NCBI RefSeq assembly: GCF_000143415.4
Contig: NW_003314413.1
Coordinates: forward strand, 1 to 64,000
Direction: 5' to 3'
DNA: 64,000 nt
DNA from: Selaginella moellendorffii
Taxonomy: Eukaryota > Plantae > Lycopodiophyta
Positions 27,916 to 38,180 of the stretch are shown piece by piece. How positions within the stretch are numbered: position 1 is the first letter of the stretch; the number at the start of each line of letters is the position of its first letter. The translations under genes were made by a program, and so were the position numbers. The notes under the pieces are model-generated. The model saw only the letters and a list, made by a program, of their open reading frames with translations. It did no database searches and was not told the DNA's origin.

Positions 27916-28580
27916 TGTAGCACATGTGATCATGGGATAAGATTTGGATATACTATCACCGTGGATCCTTAGAACCTTGGGGGATAAATAGGGATAAAAA
28001 TAGCCACTAAGGGCTCTCTCATTAAGCAATTGCCCCTTTTCCAATTAGTTTAAGGGGAGAGAGATAAGGTGTGCTACAGTTGGTATCGAAGCAAATGGCA
28101 CGGGTTCGATTCGCATTTATTAGTGGCTACTTAAAAATATAATATACCCTTGAGCAAGGTATATTCCTACCCCTAAATTTGAAATCGTATATATTGGGCA
28201 CGTCTTTCCTCTTGTGTGGAGTATCCACGGACGAAGGTATCCACTGTGGAATAGCAATACGGATGGATGACTAGTTGCCTCACGTGGAATAGCTGATTTA
28301 CATAATGGAAGGATTGATAGAGTCAGTGCGGAAATGGAAGTGCTGATTCCCCTTGGCTTAGTAAGGGTTGTTAGTCAATAGTCAATGAAAACATTAACAT
28401 CTTTGAAGGGGGGCTGAGTGTAGCGCATGTGATCATGGGATAAGATTTGGATATACTATCATTGTGGATCCTTGAAACCTTGGGGGATAAATGGGGATAA
28501 AAATAGCCACTAAGGGCTCTCTCATCAAGCAATTGCCCCTTTCCAATTGGCTTAAGGGAAGAGAGATAAGGTGCGCTATA
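27916..28580 (+). mobile_element. Complete TRIM (family T2), 665 bp; LTRs 27916-28078 and 28419-28580
   Basis: ~162-bp direct repeats, perfect TSD GACAT, PBS TGGTATCGAAGC at 28081, PPT GAAGGGGGGCTGAG, no ORF. Confidence 0.95.
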
Positions 28581-30726
28581 GACATTGAACTTCATTTATG
28601 AGTGGTGGAGTTGTGAGACAAAAATCCCTAAGCCCCAAAGTGGAGCCGAAAGGGTGCCATGTGGTAATGGCTGAAGTGAAAGCCAAACGAGCATAACAAG
28701 TTTGGACTAAAAGCTCCCACTTGAGAAGTCCGAGATGGACCCGAGATGGAGTCCGAGATGGAGTCTGAGATGGAATCTGAGATGGAATTTGAGAAGGACC
28801 CGAGATGGAGTCCGAAGTCGACTGGGACCAAGACCGAGACCGGGACCGAGGCCGAGACCGAGCCCAAGACCGAGTCCAAGTCCGAGTCTGAGCCCAAGTC
28901 TTTGAGAGACAAGACTGTGATGTAGGTGGTGTTAGACCACCGGTGTGACCAAGGTAAAAGGGGCATAACCTTAGCGTAATGGGCTAATATGTCGATAGTT
29001 CCTTAGAGTGTCGGTTATGGGATCGAACATGTGGAACACTTGGGCCAAGTACAAAAGTTGAGTGGTGCAGATGCCATTCTCGGGGCTAGCATGCCCAAGT
29101 CCGGAATAGGACTTATAGAGGTTGTGAATGAGACTCCTCCAAGTGGTTGGAGGTGTGGTTAAGTGACTAAAGTAAAATGGAAAAATTAATCACTTACACC
29201 TAGCTAGAGCAAACTGGATTTACCAAATGTCAATCAAAACTTACCAAATATCAATCAATATGTGGTGCAATTCCCGGACCCAAGACCCCTCTAATACCAA
29301 ATGTAAGCTCTTGAATTTAGACTTCCCAGAAAGTCATTTAGCTTAGTACTATTTAGACTTCTTAGAGGGTCATCCAACTCAATACTATTCAAACTCAAAA
29401 ACACTTAACTTCAAATATCCCAAGACCCTGAAAAAGGGGGTGTACTCTTGTTCATGGCCCTTTCCCTCTATATTTAACCCTATGATCATTTTTCAAGTTG
29501 TTTTCTTTATTTGTTTATAATATACTTCTTATGCACATGCATTATATTTTCATCATCATTTTACACCAAATCTTAAAGTGGATATTCATATATACCAAAT
29601 AAACTTTATTATAGAGAAGACTTTAGGAGTCAACTAAATTTATCAAGACTAAAATAAACTTTTTATAATTTATATAATTAAGAAATAAAAATATTTTTCA
29701 CTATATATATTTGTAATCACAATACTACCTGTAATATTTGTGTGTCTCCATTTCTATCTTTACCATCTTAAAAATATTTTATTATAATGTTTTGAGAGTG
29801 TGATGCTATAGAATATATATATTGTTAACTGCCATTGATTCCACTAAAAGCCAAAAAATAAATATGACATTTCTTTAAAGTCATAGAATTATAAATTTTT
29901 AAAACAAGTAAAAGGGCATTCTTCTCCACCTAATTTATTGTACCTTTTGTTATTGTATTATTTTATAATTTATTATCACTACCTTCACTATTATCTTTTT
30001 TATTTCTTGTGTGGCTTGATTGTGATATGCAATGAGATAGTTATTGCAACCCCTAGCCCTTGAATTACTACCATAAGAAAAAAAATTGCAAGAGTTGAAA
30101 CTACCAACATTAAAAATCATATATATTTATGTGTAGTTTCCTCTCTTTGAATAAAAGTGTGATTGAATATCCATAAATTCTAAACAAGTAAACCCCTCAA
30201 AAATATATTCTATAGAATGATACCTATCTTTTATATGCAACAAATTTATTCAATGGTTGCTTTTACCTTTTAAACAATTACATGACTTTTACAAAAGAAT
30301 CTTAGTTAAAATTTAATAATTTTAAATTCTGACCAAAAAATATAGTAATGATTTTAAAGAAGTCATAATTTTAATATTTTTACAAACAAATCTTATCTTA
30401 TTTTATGTTTTGACAAACCTATCTATTATGGCATGTAGTAAATATTTAAACTCTTGAATATGAAGTGTCTTCTAAAACATTTTTATTTATATAAAGTGCA
30501 AAGAGTTAGAAAAATATAATATAAATTTTTTTGCCATAAACCTTAATTTTCTAAATTTATAGTGTTTGTAAATTGCTGAACTTGTGAGCTCAACTCTTCA
30601 ACTCGTGACCTCAAGAATTTTTTGCACTCTTATCTTTGTCTTACATTAACTTCTTCATATATTAAGCATTAATCCTTTAATAGCATACATTCGGGAGCTT
30701 GGCTTTATCCCCTTGTTTAATGGCCA

Positions 30727-31240
30727 AAGTTGTTTGCACTCATGTTCCTATTTGTGCACCTTAAAGAAACTCTAAATTGGACTTCGACTTTGGTTCTCTA
30801 CAAAGGCAATTTCTTGAAATCCATTGGTAAACAAGCAAGGAAACTTTAGCATTTTCATATGAGGATATCTCAGTACCTTACAATTAGACAAGATGGAGTA
30901 TATATTGAGCACAAGGAATCATTTGACAACCAAAAATATTGAGTCAATGCAAGGCTCTAATAGGAGTAACAATGTAAGAAAACTCTCAATCTCGATAGAA
31001 ATGTGAATCCAGATGGGAGCTGCAATGAAAGATTTGGAAGATCAAGCCGAGCAAACTCAATATGATATACTTTGAGAAGAAGAAAAACATAGCAATGCAG
31101 TTGTGCTAATTAATCTTCTTCTTTTTCGTCTAGGGTGCTTGAAACTAAAGTCTATGAATACTCCCACCACAATGTTCATATGGTTTGCCCACTCCCACTC
31201 CCAGTTTATAGATCACTCTGAATAAAGTCTATAATATGTC
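30727..31240 (+). pseudogene. Degraded inverted duplicate of the exon-like segment at ~32970-33480
   Basis: e.g. CTCATGTTCC..TTTGTGCACCTTAAAGAA.CTCTAAATTGGACTTCG and CCCACCACAATGTTCATATGGT...CCCACTCCCACTCCCAGTTTATAGATCACTCTGA match the reverse complement of 32970-33480 with indels. Confidence 0.8.
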
Positions 31241-31880
31241 TATAGCGATCAGACAAAAAACTTTATGGTAGTTTAGAATATCTTTGAAAACTTTAATGAA
31301 CCTAAAAACACAGGAAATTACTTGTGGAATATCAACTATAGTAGGATTGGTAATCCTAATCCGGGAGTGGACGGTGTCCAGTGTTCACCCTAACTCTAAA
31401 ATATCCAAACATATTTTAGGAGATTCCTTCATCTTGAACTTTTTCTTAATTCATTTGTAACAAAGGTTTTATATAAAATGTTAAGTATCACTGAGTGTTT
31501 TTCCACTCTCATGTAAGCCATAACTCAATCAGCTCTAACCTGGATGAACAGATCCATCTCCTTTTTTAGCCCAGCAATTGTTGATACAATTATAAGGAAT
31601 TACACTGCTTGATTTTGTTGCATGTGGTATAAATCAAAGACAGTCATGTACTTCTGTGGAAAGACACTCTACTAGCCCCACACAAGTACAATCCCATCGC
31701 AAAAAGACCCATGAGGATTGACATTTACCTAGCAAGAGCGTTTGCAGTTTGGACATTCAATTTGTATAACCTAAGAGGTTATCAGGGAGGATTGGATTAT
31801 CAGTTTAAATGAAAATATTCCTTTTCATTAAAATTTTAGTTCATTTCATCTCATAGACCGTTTATATAAATTTAAAAAGC

Positions 31881-32882
31881 TCAGTAAACAAGTTGTATTG
31901 GCACAGCTATTGAGCAAGTAAACCCTTGTCTAGTCCAAGTCTTTGAATTCACATCATACGAAAAGCAAACCTTGCTCTTCTTACCTCCTTTGCAAGAGCA
32001 AGAAAAGTTGAGAACACTCTCAATTTGCCCAGTAAATCTAAATTCCCCAGCCTCCAAACCCACAACATACTCACTCAAAAATTCAGTCCAGATTTCTTTT
32101 ACTTCAAAATGAACTTCCCAAACCTCCACTCTACCTTTCTTCTCTGCATTCAGCACGAGCACGTAGAGTTTGTTGGCCCATGCAGCAACGCAGACACCAT
32201 CACCAACTTTATCATACAGATGCGAATAGAAAAACTCGTTGCGTGTCAAGTCATACTGGAGGAGCCACTTTTGATCGCGCGAAGCAGTACAATACACTAC
32301 ACCATCTAGCAGCACCGGGATCGATCCAGGGGCGACGTCCCCTTTGGCAGGAATCCACGCCACCTGGCCGCGAACGAAGGTGTAGAGCGTGCCATCCGAG
32401 AACCACACCACAACCTTGTAATCCCCGGGAGGAGAATTCGAAGCGGCAGCAAAGAGGCAGACCCTGGACATGTCCCCAAATCGCAGGTAGGGGATCTCCT
32501 CCCACTTGGCCACGAAGGGACTCCCGACGAAGAGCCTCCTCTCCTGCGAGGAGCGCGCCAGGACGAGGCGCTTGTCCTGGGACACTGCGCACAGCCAGTC
32601 GGGGTCGGGGACATCCCTCTCCACGTTTTCAAAGTGCTGCGGCGCCCATCGCATCATCACGCCGCTGCTGTCCTGGATCGAATTGCTATCTAGGAAGAGT
32701 TTGGCACTGTCCCTGTACGAGCTCCGGAAGCTGGGTGCATCCACCACAGATCTCCACACCTGGCACACACATCTTGCCCTTAGAACACCTGAGAAAGGGA
32801 GCCTGCGAAGGATCTCCCTGACTAGCTCCGGCATAAGGCCGGACATCCCTGCCCACGCCATCTTGCGCGATGCCATAACCAC
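31881..32882 (-). CDS. F-box protein with beta-propeller-like (kelch/FBA-type) C-terminus, 333 aa, single exon
   Basis: F-box motif LMPELVREILRRLPFSGVLRARCVCQVWRSVV. Later motifs LFVGSPFVAKWEEIP, DYKVVV, PVLLDGVVY, LLQYDL, FSYDVNSKTW are typical of plant F-box proteins. Confidence 0.85.
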   Translation of the reverse strand: MVMASRKMAWAGMSGLMPELVREILRRLPFSGVLRARCVCQVWRSVVDAPSFRSSYRDSAKLFLDSNSIQDSSGVMMRWAPQHFENVERDVPDPDWLCAVSQDKRLVLARSSQERRLFVGSPFVAKWEEIPYLRFGDMSRVCLFAAASNSPPGDYKVVVWFSDGTLYTFVRGQVAWIPAKGDVAPGSIPVLLDGVVYCTASRDQKWLLQYDLTRNEFFYSHLYDKVGDGVCVAAWANKLYVLVLNAEKKGRVEVWEVHFEVKEIWTEFLSEYVVGLEAGEFRFTGQIESVLNFSCSCKGGKKSKVCFSYDVNSKTWTRQGFTCSIAVPIQLVY

Positions 32883-32969
32883 CGGGCCCTAAGGGTTAAG
32901 CCAATGGCAGCTTAACTAACAAAAGGTATGAAGTTTAAGTTTTCAAAGATATTTGTTTTGCCTGGTTGC

Positions 32970-34277
32970 TACAATATTATAGACTTTGGAGATCAGAGTG
33001 ATCTATAAACTGGGACTGGGAGTGGGAGTGGGAAGACCATATGAACATTGTGGTGGGATTATCCAGCTCTCTGGCTCCATAGACTAAGATCAGCCAGCAT
33101 GACTACATTGCTGTGTTTTTCTTCTTCTTGAAGTATACCACATCCTGATCTTCCAAATCTTTCACTGCAGCTCCCATCTGGATCCGGATTTCTATTGAGA
33201 TTGAGAGTTTTCATACATTCTTCCTCCAACCTTTGGAACTTGTCAATGATATCGAGAGACATTAGAGGCTTGCAGCGACATAATCTTTTGGGCTGTCAAA
33301 CGATTCCTCGTGCTCAGTACATACTCCATCTTGTCTAACTGTATGAAAAGGCCGAGGTTTCCTTGCTTGTATACCAATGGATTTCAACAATTCTGATGGT
33401 CTTTTTCTTTGCGAAGTCCAATTTAGAGCTTCTTTAAGGTGCACAAACGGGAACATGAGCGCGGTTGCTTCCAACAACTTCTGTAAAAATCTGGTTCACA
33501 GGTACACTCTTTTTCTGAAATTTATGTTCTCCAGATATGAACAAGGCTAAAACAGTGATAGTATCTATTCTCTCCAAGTATTCATGGTGAATGCGCATCA
33601 CTCCATTCAGTCCAGATCATCTGGTAAGTCTTCTGTTTTTTGCTTTATGTTTCTGCATTATTTTCTTTCTTTCCTTCGTTGAACGGAAATGCATCTGGTC
33701 TGTCCAATGCATTGCCATTGCCTCACGCACAAGCCGAGAAATTTACAACGAACACAGGAAGTGGAGCAGCAAACTTCTCGTAAGTGGTCCCCGTTCGTTT
33801 TTTTTTTTTTTTTTGACATCAAAAGGCCGCGAACGCGTTGTATTGCGACCTCAAGGACGGGCCTCATTTCTCCTTGCAAGCACCAAGTGACGACGTTAAT
33901 GTATACTCGATTTGCCAAAGTTCTCCATTATTTACAGGGACATATTATATGTGTGAGAGCAAAAAAGAGCGAAGGCATTGGCTTTGTGTCCGCCTGAGCA
34001 AGAGCCTCAATGCTGCTACATAGGATCCTCTTCCTAAAGACCTCCTGTCTGCATTCATTTTCTGTTTCTTTCCCTTTTGTTTTGGTGCCATGGTGGGGAT
34101 ATTGCAGCGAGGATGTTCAAAGTAGCTATCTTCTTCTTTTCTAAGGGTGTTGAAACCTTTCTTGTAAGAAAGAAGAGAGAACGCACTGTTTAACGATGTT
34201 TTGACGCTCCTCTGTTGCAAGACCCCAGAGATTGGAGAGAACGCCAAGGCCGGGACGGTGGCGAAGCTGGAATCCAT
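32970..34277 (-). other. Possible gene or gene relic of unknown function
   Basis: Short ORFs 33945-34277, 33262-33477 and 33059-33262, plus an acceptor-like TTTTTACAG at ~33481-33489. No recognised domain and no consistent gene model. Confidence 0.25.
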
Positions 34278-34856
34278 CTCGATCCAAGAGGAAGTGGGCT
34301 TCGCAGAAGAGGAGCCAGATGGCGTAGTTTCTATGCGTTTATATTTAATATAGCCTTCTCATTTTGCTTAATTACGGAGTTTTCTAACAGGGGAAGCGTG
34401 TTGTAGAAGCTCCCCAAAATCTTAAAACTAGCCGTTGTAACGAAGAACCCTAGAAATGGGGATGGGGAAGGTAAGAAATCTTTCTCGCGCAGCTCCTGAT
34501 CAGTCTCGTCTACAGGATCGTCTACAGGCGGGTCAGATGGCATCCTCTCTTTCATATGAAGAGCTTGTCATAGATTCTAAAGTCCCGAGGCTTGGTTTTG
34601 CGATTGACAGGGATGGACTGAAGTTGTATGTGGCGAGGCTTTCAGAGATCCATCTCGTGGGCGAAAGCCTGGTGATGTGAGTAGTGCATCGGTACAAGTT
34701 GGGATATTAAGTTCCCTGGTATGTTTCTTGTTATTCCCCAAGCATTTTACTTTGAAAGCTCTAGCACCAGAAAGACCACTGAACCGGGCAAACAGTGTGG
34801 TCTCCAAGAAGTGATAGACGCTCAACTTATAGTTACGTATATGACAGTCCGGCTTC

Positions 34857-35916
34857 TCACTCACCATCAGTGACGACAAACTCGCGTGAAAGCTCAACTG
34901 TCTCGCTGCTGCAATTGGCTTTGCGGTACATCCAGTTGCTTCTTGCATACCACACGAGATGCATCTCGGCCTCGAGGTGAAGCTTGAACCGGAGCGGAAA
35001 CTTGGACGCCATGCTTGCGGGCAGATTCCACACAGCGATGGGAAAGTTTTCCACACTGATACTTGTGCGCCCTCCTCGCAATGGTGGCTATATGGATCAC
35101 GCTCAAATGAAAAGACGAGTAAAAGCATGATTTACCTTGAGAGAGCCGAGGCCAGAGTATGGTTTGGATGGATTATACTTCATCCCATTGTGATTCCAAC
35201 GAAGGAGTTTCCACTCGAGCTCAGCTGTGTTCCCTCGAACTCCAACAACGATAGACTCGTACTCCATTGGCTCTTGAAGTGATCGTCCCCACGTTTTCTT
35301 TAACTTGACAGATACTGGCCATAAATTAAGTTGAGCTCCAATCTCACCGTTGCAGCTCGTGGTATGTGTGCTGGAATTGTCATCGCCATCGCGGAAATAG
35401 TAGAGAACAATGTCAGAGCTCTCCATCTCGCCAAGCTGTGGCTCAATCCGGAGTTTGACGCGGTATGGGTAGAATCCCAGACCCTTGGCGCTGATGACTA
35501 CATCCTCGTCGTCCACGCCCACGAAGAGGCTCCTGATCTCCAGAGCAACTTCGAAGTTGGCGCGGCTTTCCTGAACCCAGGGCAGGATCACCATGACAAT
35601 GCCCACGAGCTGCTGGCGCTTGGGCAGTCCTTTGGGAAGATCGAGGCACAGCTGCCGGTCGAGTGGTGTTGTGTCGGCCTTTGTGTTGATTGGAATGCAC
35701 CGGCATCTCCTCCAGAGGGACGTGGCACGAGCTGGAAAATTTCGAGACAAGGAGCTGGTGATACGAGGAAGAGCTGGAAAAATTCGAGACAAGGCGGTGA
35801 TACGAGGAAGAGCAGATAATTAAGATCGCCGAGCACAGAACATTGCGCGATTTACCTCCGAAATATCGGCAGGCGATGAGGAGGAGCGCACAAGTGAGCA
35901 GTATCGTCGCGGTCAT
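34857..35916 (-). CDS. Putative secreted protein of unknown function, ~295 aa; exons 35916-35856, 35731-35136, 35087-34857
   Basis: GT-AG introns with matching phases (G|gtaaat...ttttccag|CT; AAG|gtaaat...tatag|CCA, 48 nt) join three ORF pieces into one frame. N-terminus MTATILLTCALLLIACRYFGARA is signal-peptide-like. Confidence 0.6.
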
Positions 35917-36349
35917 GATGCATGAGATGTGCAAACTCGTATCGCCTGCAAGAACCGGGCATCCATCGATCGATCAAGAAACACGCAAGAAGAGAGAATG
36001 GGGAGGATATTTCGGCGATCGATGGTGAGATCTCTCACCTAAGGACAGACTCGCACGTGCGCACGAAGGATGATTGATCGAAGGCGCGAGAAGGAGCAAG
36101 AAGAAGATTAGGCTTCGCATCGCTGCTGTCGCCGCCACATCGCTCGCTCGAGGACTTCCTTTAAACCTGGCCTGCTTATGCTCCGGTGGCCGAACCACTG
36201 TGACAAATTGGCGGGGTGTGGGCCTGGCATGGAAAGGCTCTAGCCCACTTTGCGGCGGAGCAAAGGGAAGGATTGCAAAGGAGATTGAACAGGGAGATTG
36301 AAAAAGGATTGATTGATATGGATGATTTCATGTTTTGACATTCCGTTGG

Positions 36350-36680
36350 GGAAATGCCAAATCTCCATATAGAGGGACAAAGTGAGAGTCAATTTTGATG
36401 TCTTCGTTGGGACGAAGTACATGTCAATTTTGAGACTATTTTGAGACTAAAACCATGTCAATTTTGAGACTATTTTGAGACTAAAACCATGTCAATTTTG
36501 AGACTATTTTGAGACTAAGACTATGTCAATTTTGAGACTAAGTATATGTCAATTTTGAGACAAATAGAGACTAAGTATATGTCAATTTTGATGTCTCTGT
36601 TAGGGATATGCCAAATTTCCATAGAGATTTATAAGTGAGAGTCAATTTAGATGTCTCTCTTGGGGATATGCTAAATTTCC
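36350..36680. repeat. Tandem repeat cluster: ~34-bp ATGTCAATTTTGAGACTATTTTGAGACTAAAACC units (36421-36590) flanked by related ~60-bp repeats
   Basis: Directly visible; three near-perfect 34-mers followed by shorter variants. Confidence 0.85.
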
Positions 36681-36849
36681 TAAGTACTTATGGCATGTTT
36701 TGTTTGGACTGTCAAATGAAATACATGAACTTTGAATATTCAAATGTGGGACAAATTGGTGGGACAGATAGATGAACTTCCATGGAGCTTAGCAGCAACA
36801 CTACTCTGCCACTTCCACTTACAGTACTTTGTCCCTATTTAAGTCATCT

Positions 36850-37650
36850 GTAAAGGATTTATCTCCTCAACTGTTTGAAATTGAATTTCTAAGCCACACT
36901 TGTAGGGCCTTGGGGGACAGTGCTTGCATTATATGTTCTCGGGGGAGCACAGCCCCCCCTAACCTTAATCAGGTAACAATTGAGGAGGTAGAGAGCATTG
37001 CATCTAGCACAGATTCTGATTTAGAGGTGTTCAATCATAATCCCACGCATGGTAACTTCACGCTATTGGCTTTTCAACCAAGTGCAATTACCAATTGTGT
37101 GAATCAACGGTTTCTTTCGTACTAAGTTGAATTATTATTGCGGCATAGCTCATCAAAAGATCAGTTCCAGTAGGCTGCAAGCATAAGGAAAATACCAAAC
37201 TGTTTATGTTTGTCACCTGACATCATCATCCAGAATAAATTCCTCGTGGCACATAAAGTTTTAGAATGTCTAAAGCCAGATGCCGGGTTTGATTTCTCCA
37301 AACCGGCCCTATCTTTTCTGAAGCAGAGAAGCTACTGCCTACACAAAAACACTAATATTTGCCTCTCTCAGGGATGTCATGTATTCCAACAAGATACGAA
37401 ATTCCAAAGGAAGATTATGGTTTCTCCCTATTTGGCGGCAAAGGGACATTTGCCCACATTGGGCATAGGCTGCAAGCAGGGCGTTCCACAATATGACATC
37501 TCTTTCTCACATGGCGATAAATACTTCCTTTGCTTTCGCTATGCTTCCATTGCTTCCAAACGCCGAAAGCATTGCATTGCAGCACGCAAGGTTCTTGCCT
37601 TGCAGCACGTCAAATACGTGCTTGGATTGCTCCAGATGCAAATCATAAAC
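36850..37650 (-). pseudogene. PLS-class PPR pseudogene
   Basis: Minus translation LEQSKHVFDVLQGKNLACCNAMLSAFGSNGSIAKAKEVFIAM*ERDVILWNALLAAYAQCG, with stops and frameshifts. Confidence 0.75.
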
Positions 37651-37669
37651 CTTTTTTAATCTCCTTGCG

Positions 37670-38180
37670 AGGACAAGGAGCGCTTTAAAGTAAGAATCCT
37701 TCTCACGGAGCTCATGATCAGTTCACGCCTCTACAGGACCCTGCTGCTCTAGCCCTGCCAGTGCCACTTCCAGGGATGGACCCTGCCGCTCCAGTGCCAC
37801 CAGCGATGGAATGCGATGATGAGGAGGAGCGCCTTAATGTAAGAAATCCTTCTCACAGAGCTTCTGATCAGTTACACCTCTAAGGACCTTGTCGCTCTAG
37901 TGCTGCCAGCGCTGCCTCCGGCCACTCCAGAATGGACCCTGCCGCTCCTGTGCCACCAGAGTTGGAATGCGACGACAACGAGGAGCAAAGGAAGAAACGA
38001 CCAAGATTTCCACAGGGCGAAGTTATTCCACTTGCTGATGCCGATCCAGCTCCACACACCCCAGAGGCTGTTCCACACGCTCCAGGGACTGATGCAGATC
38101 CAGCAGCACTACAGCCTCCCCTCCTGGCTGATCTAGCTCTTGTCCTCCCAGCTGAGCGCCTCCTCACGCGCATATGGTAA
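37670..38180 (+). other. GC-richer coding-like fragment with an internal duplication (~37670-37820 vs ~37823-37985)
   Basis: GAGCGC.TTAA.GTAAGAA.TCCTTCTCAC.GAGCT..TGATCAGTT and GGACCCTGCCGCTCC.GTGCCACCAG each occur twice; Pro/Ala-rich ORF 37932-38180. Confidence 0.3.

Larger units (their letters stand above)
17086..29198 (+). mobile_element. Decayed non-autonomous Copia-like LTR element (family C) with low-complexity LTRs; left LTR from 17086 (3' part missing), right LTR 28612-29198
   Basis: Both ends start TGTGA(A/G)ACA.AAATCCCTAAGCCCCAAA. Right end is CACTTACA. TSD CCCAG/CCTAG. Purine tract GAGTGGTGGAG before 28612. Faint remnants in Copia order: zinc knuckle EGHNVLKC (~19020), protease-like EWIWD (~25850), integrase-like LVH..G (~26350). 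Superfamily call is tentative. Confidence 0.65.
16787..29519 (-). mobile_element. 5S-promoter-bearing TRIM split by a 12.1-kb nested insertion; LTRs ~16787-16976 and 29302-29519
   Basis: Both LTRs match 17289-17475. TSD ATATG/ATATA. PBS (CTCTAATACCA on plus) before 29302. Interior 29200-29301 matches the interior of the 3290-3779 copy. The host SWIM reading frame rejoins across it. Confidence 0.75.
4832..30602 (+). mobile_element. Eroded SWIM-zinc-finger repeat element, copy A, split by nested insertions (own pieces ~4832-5120, 15313-15457, 16051-16786, 29520-30602)
   Basis: Pieces align in order with the less interrupted paralog at ~39600-47072. Translation remnant GKYTIVIQEFPSCTCPNF (~16700-16755) continues after the insertions as ...MHMHYIF (~29530), matching paralog PYKHMYYIF, i.e. 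SWIM CxC...CxH. Shared right-end motif AACT(T/G)GTGAGCTC..AACT.TTCAAC. Confidence 0.65.

Noticed and set aside
30727-33480. Pack-MULE carrying the F-box gene
   Set aside because: No 9-bp TSD found, the arms are exon-like, and one arm is far more degraded
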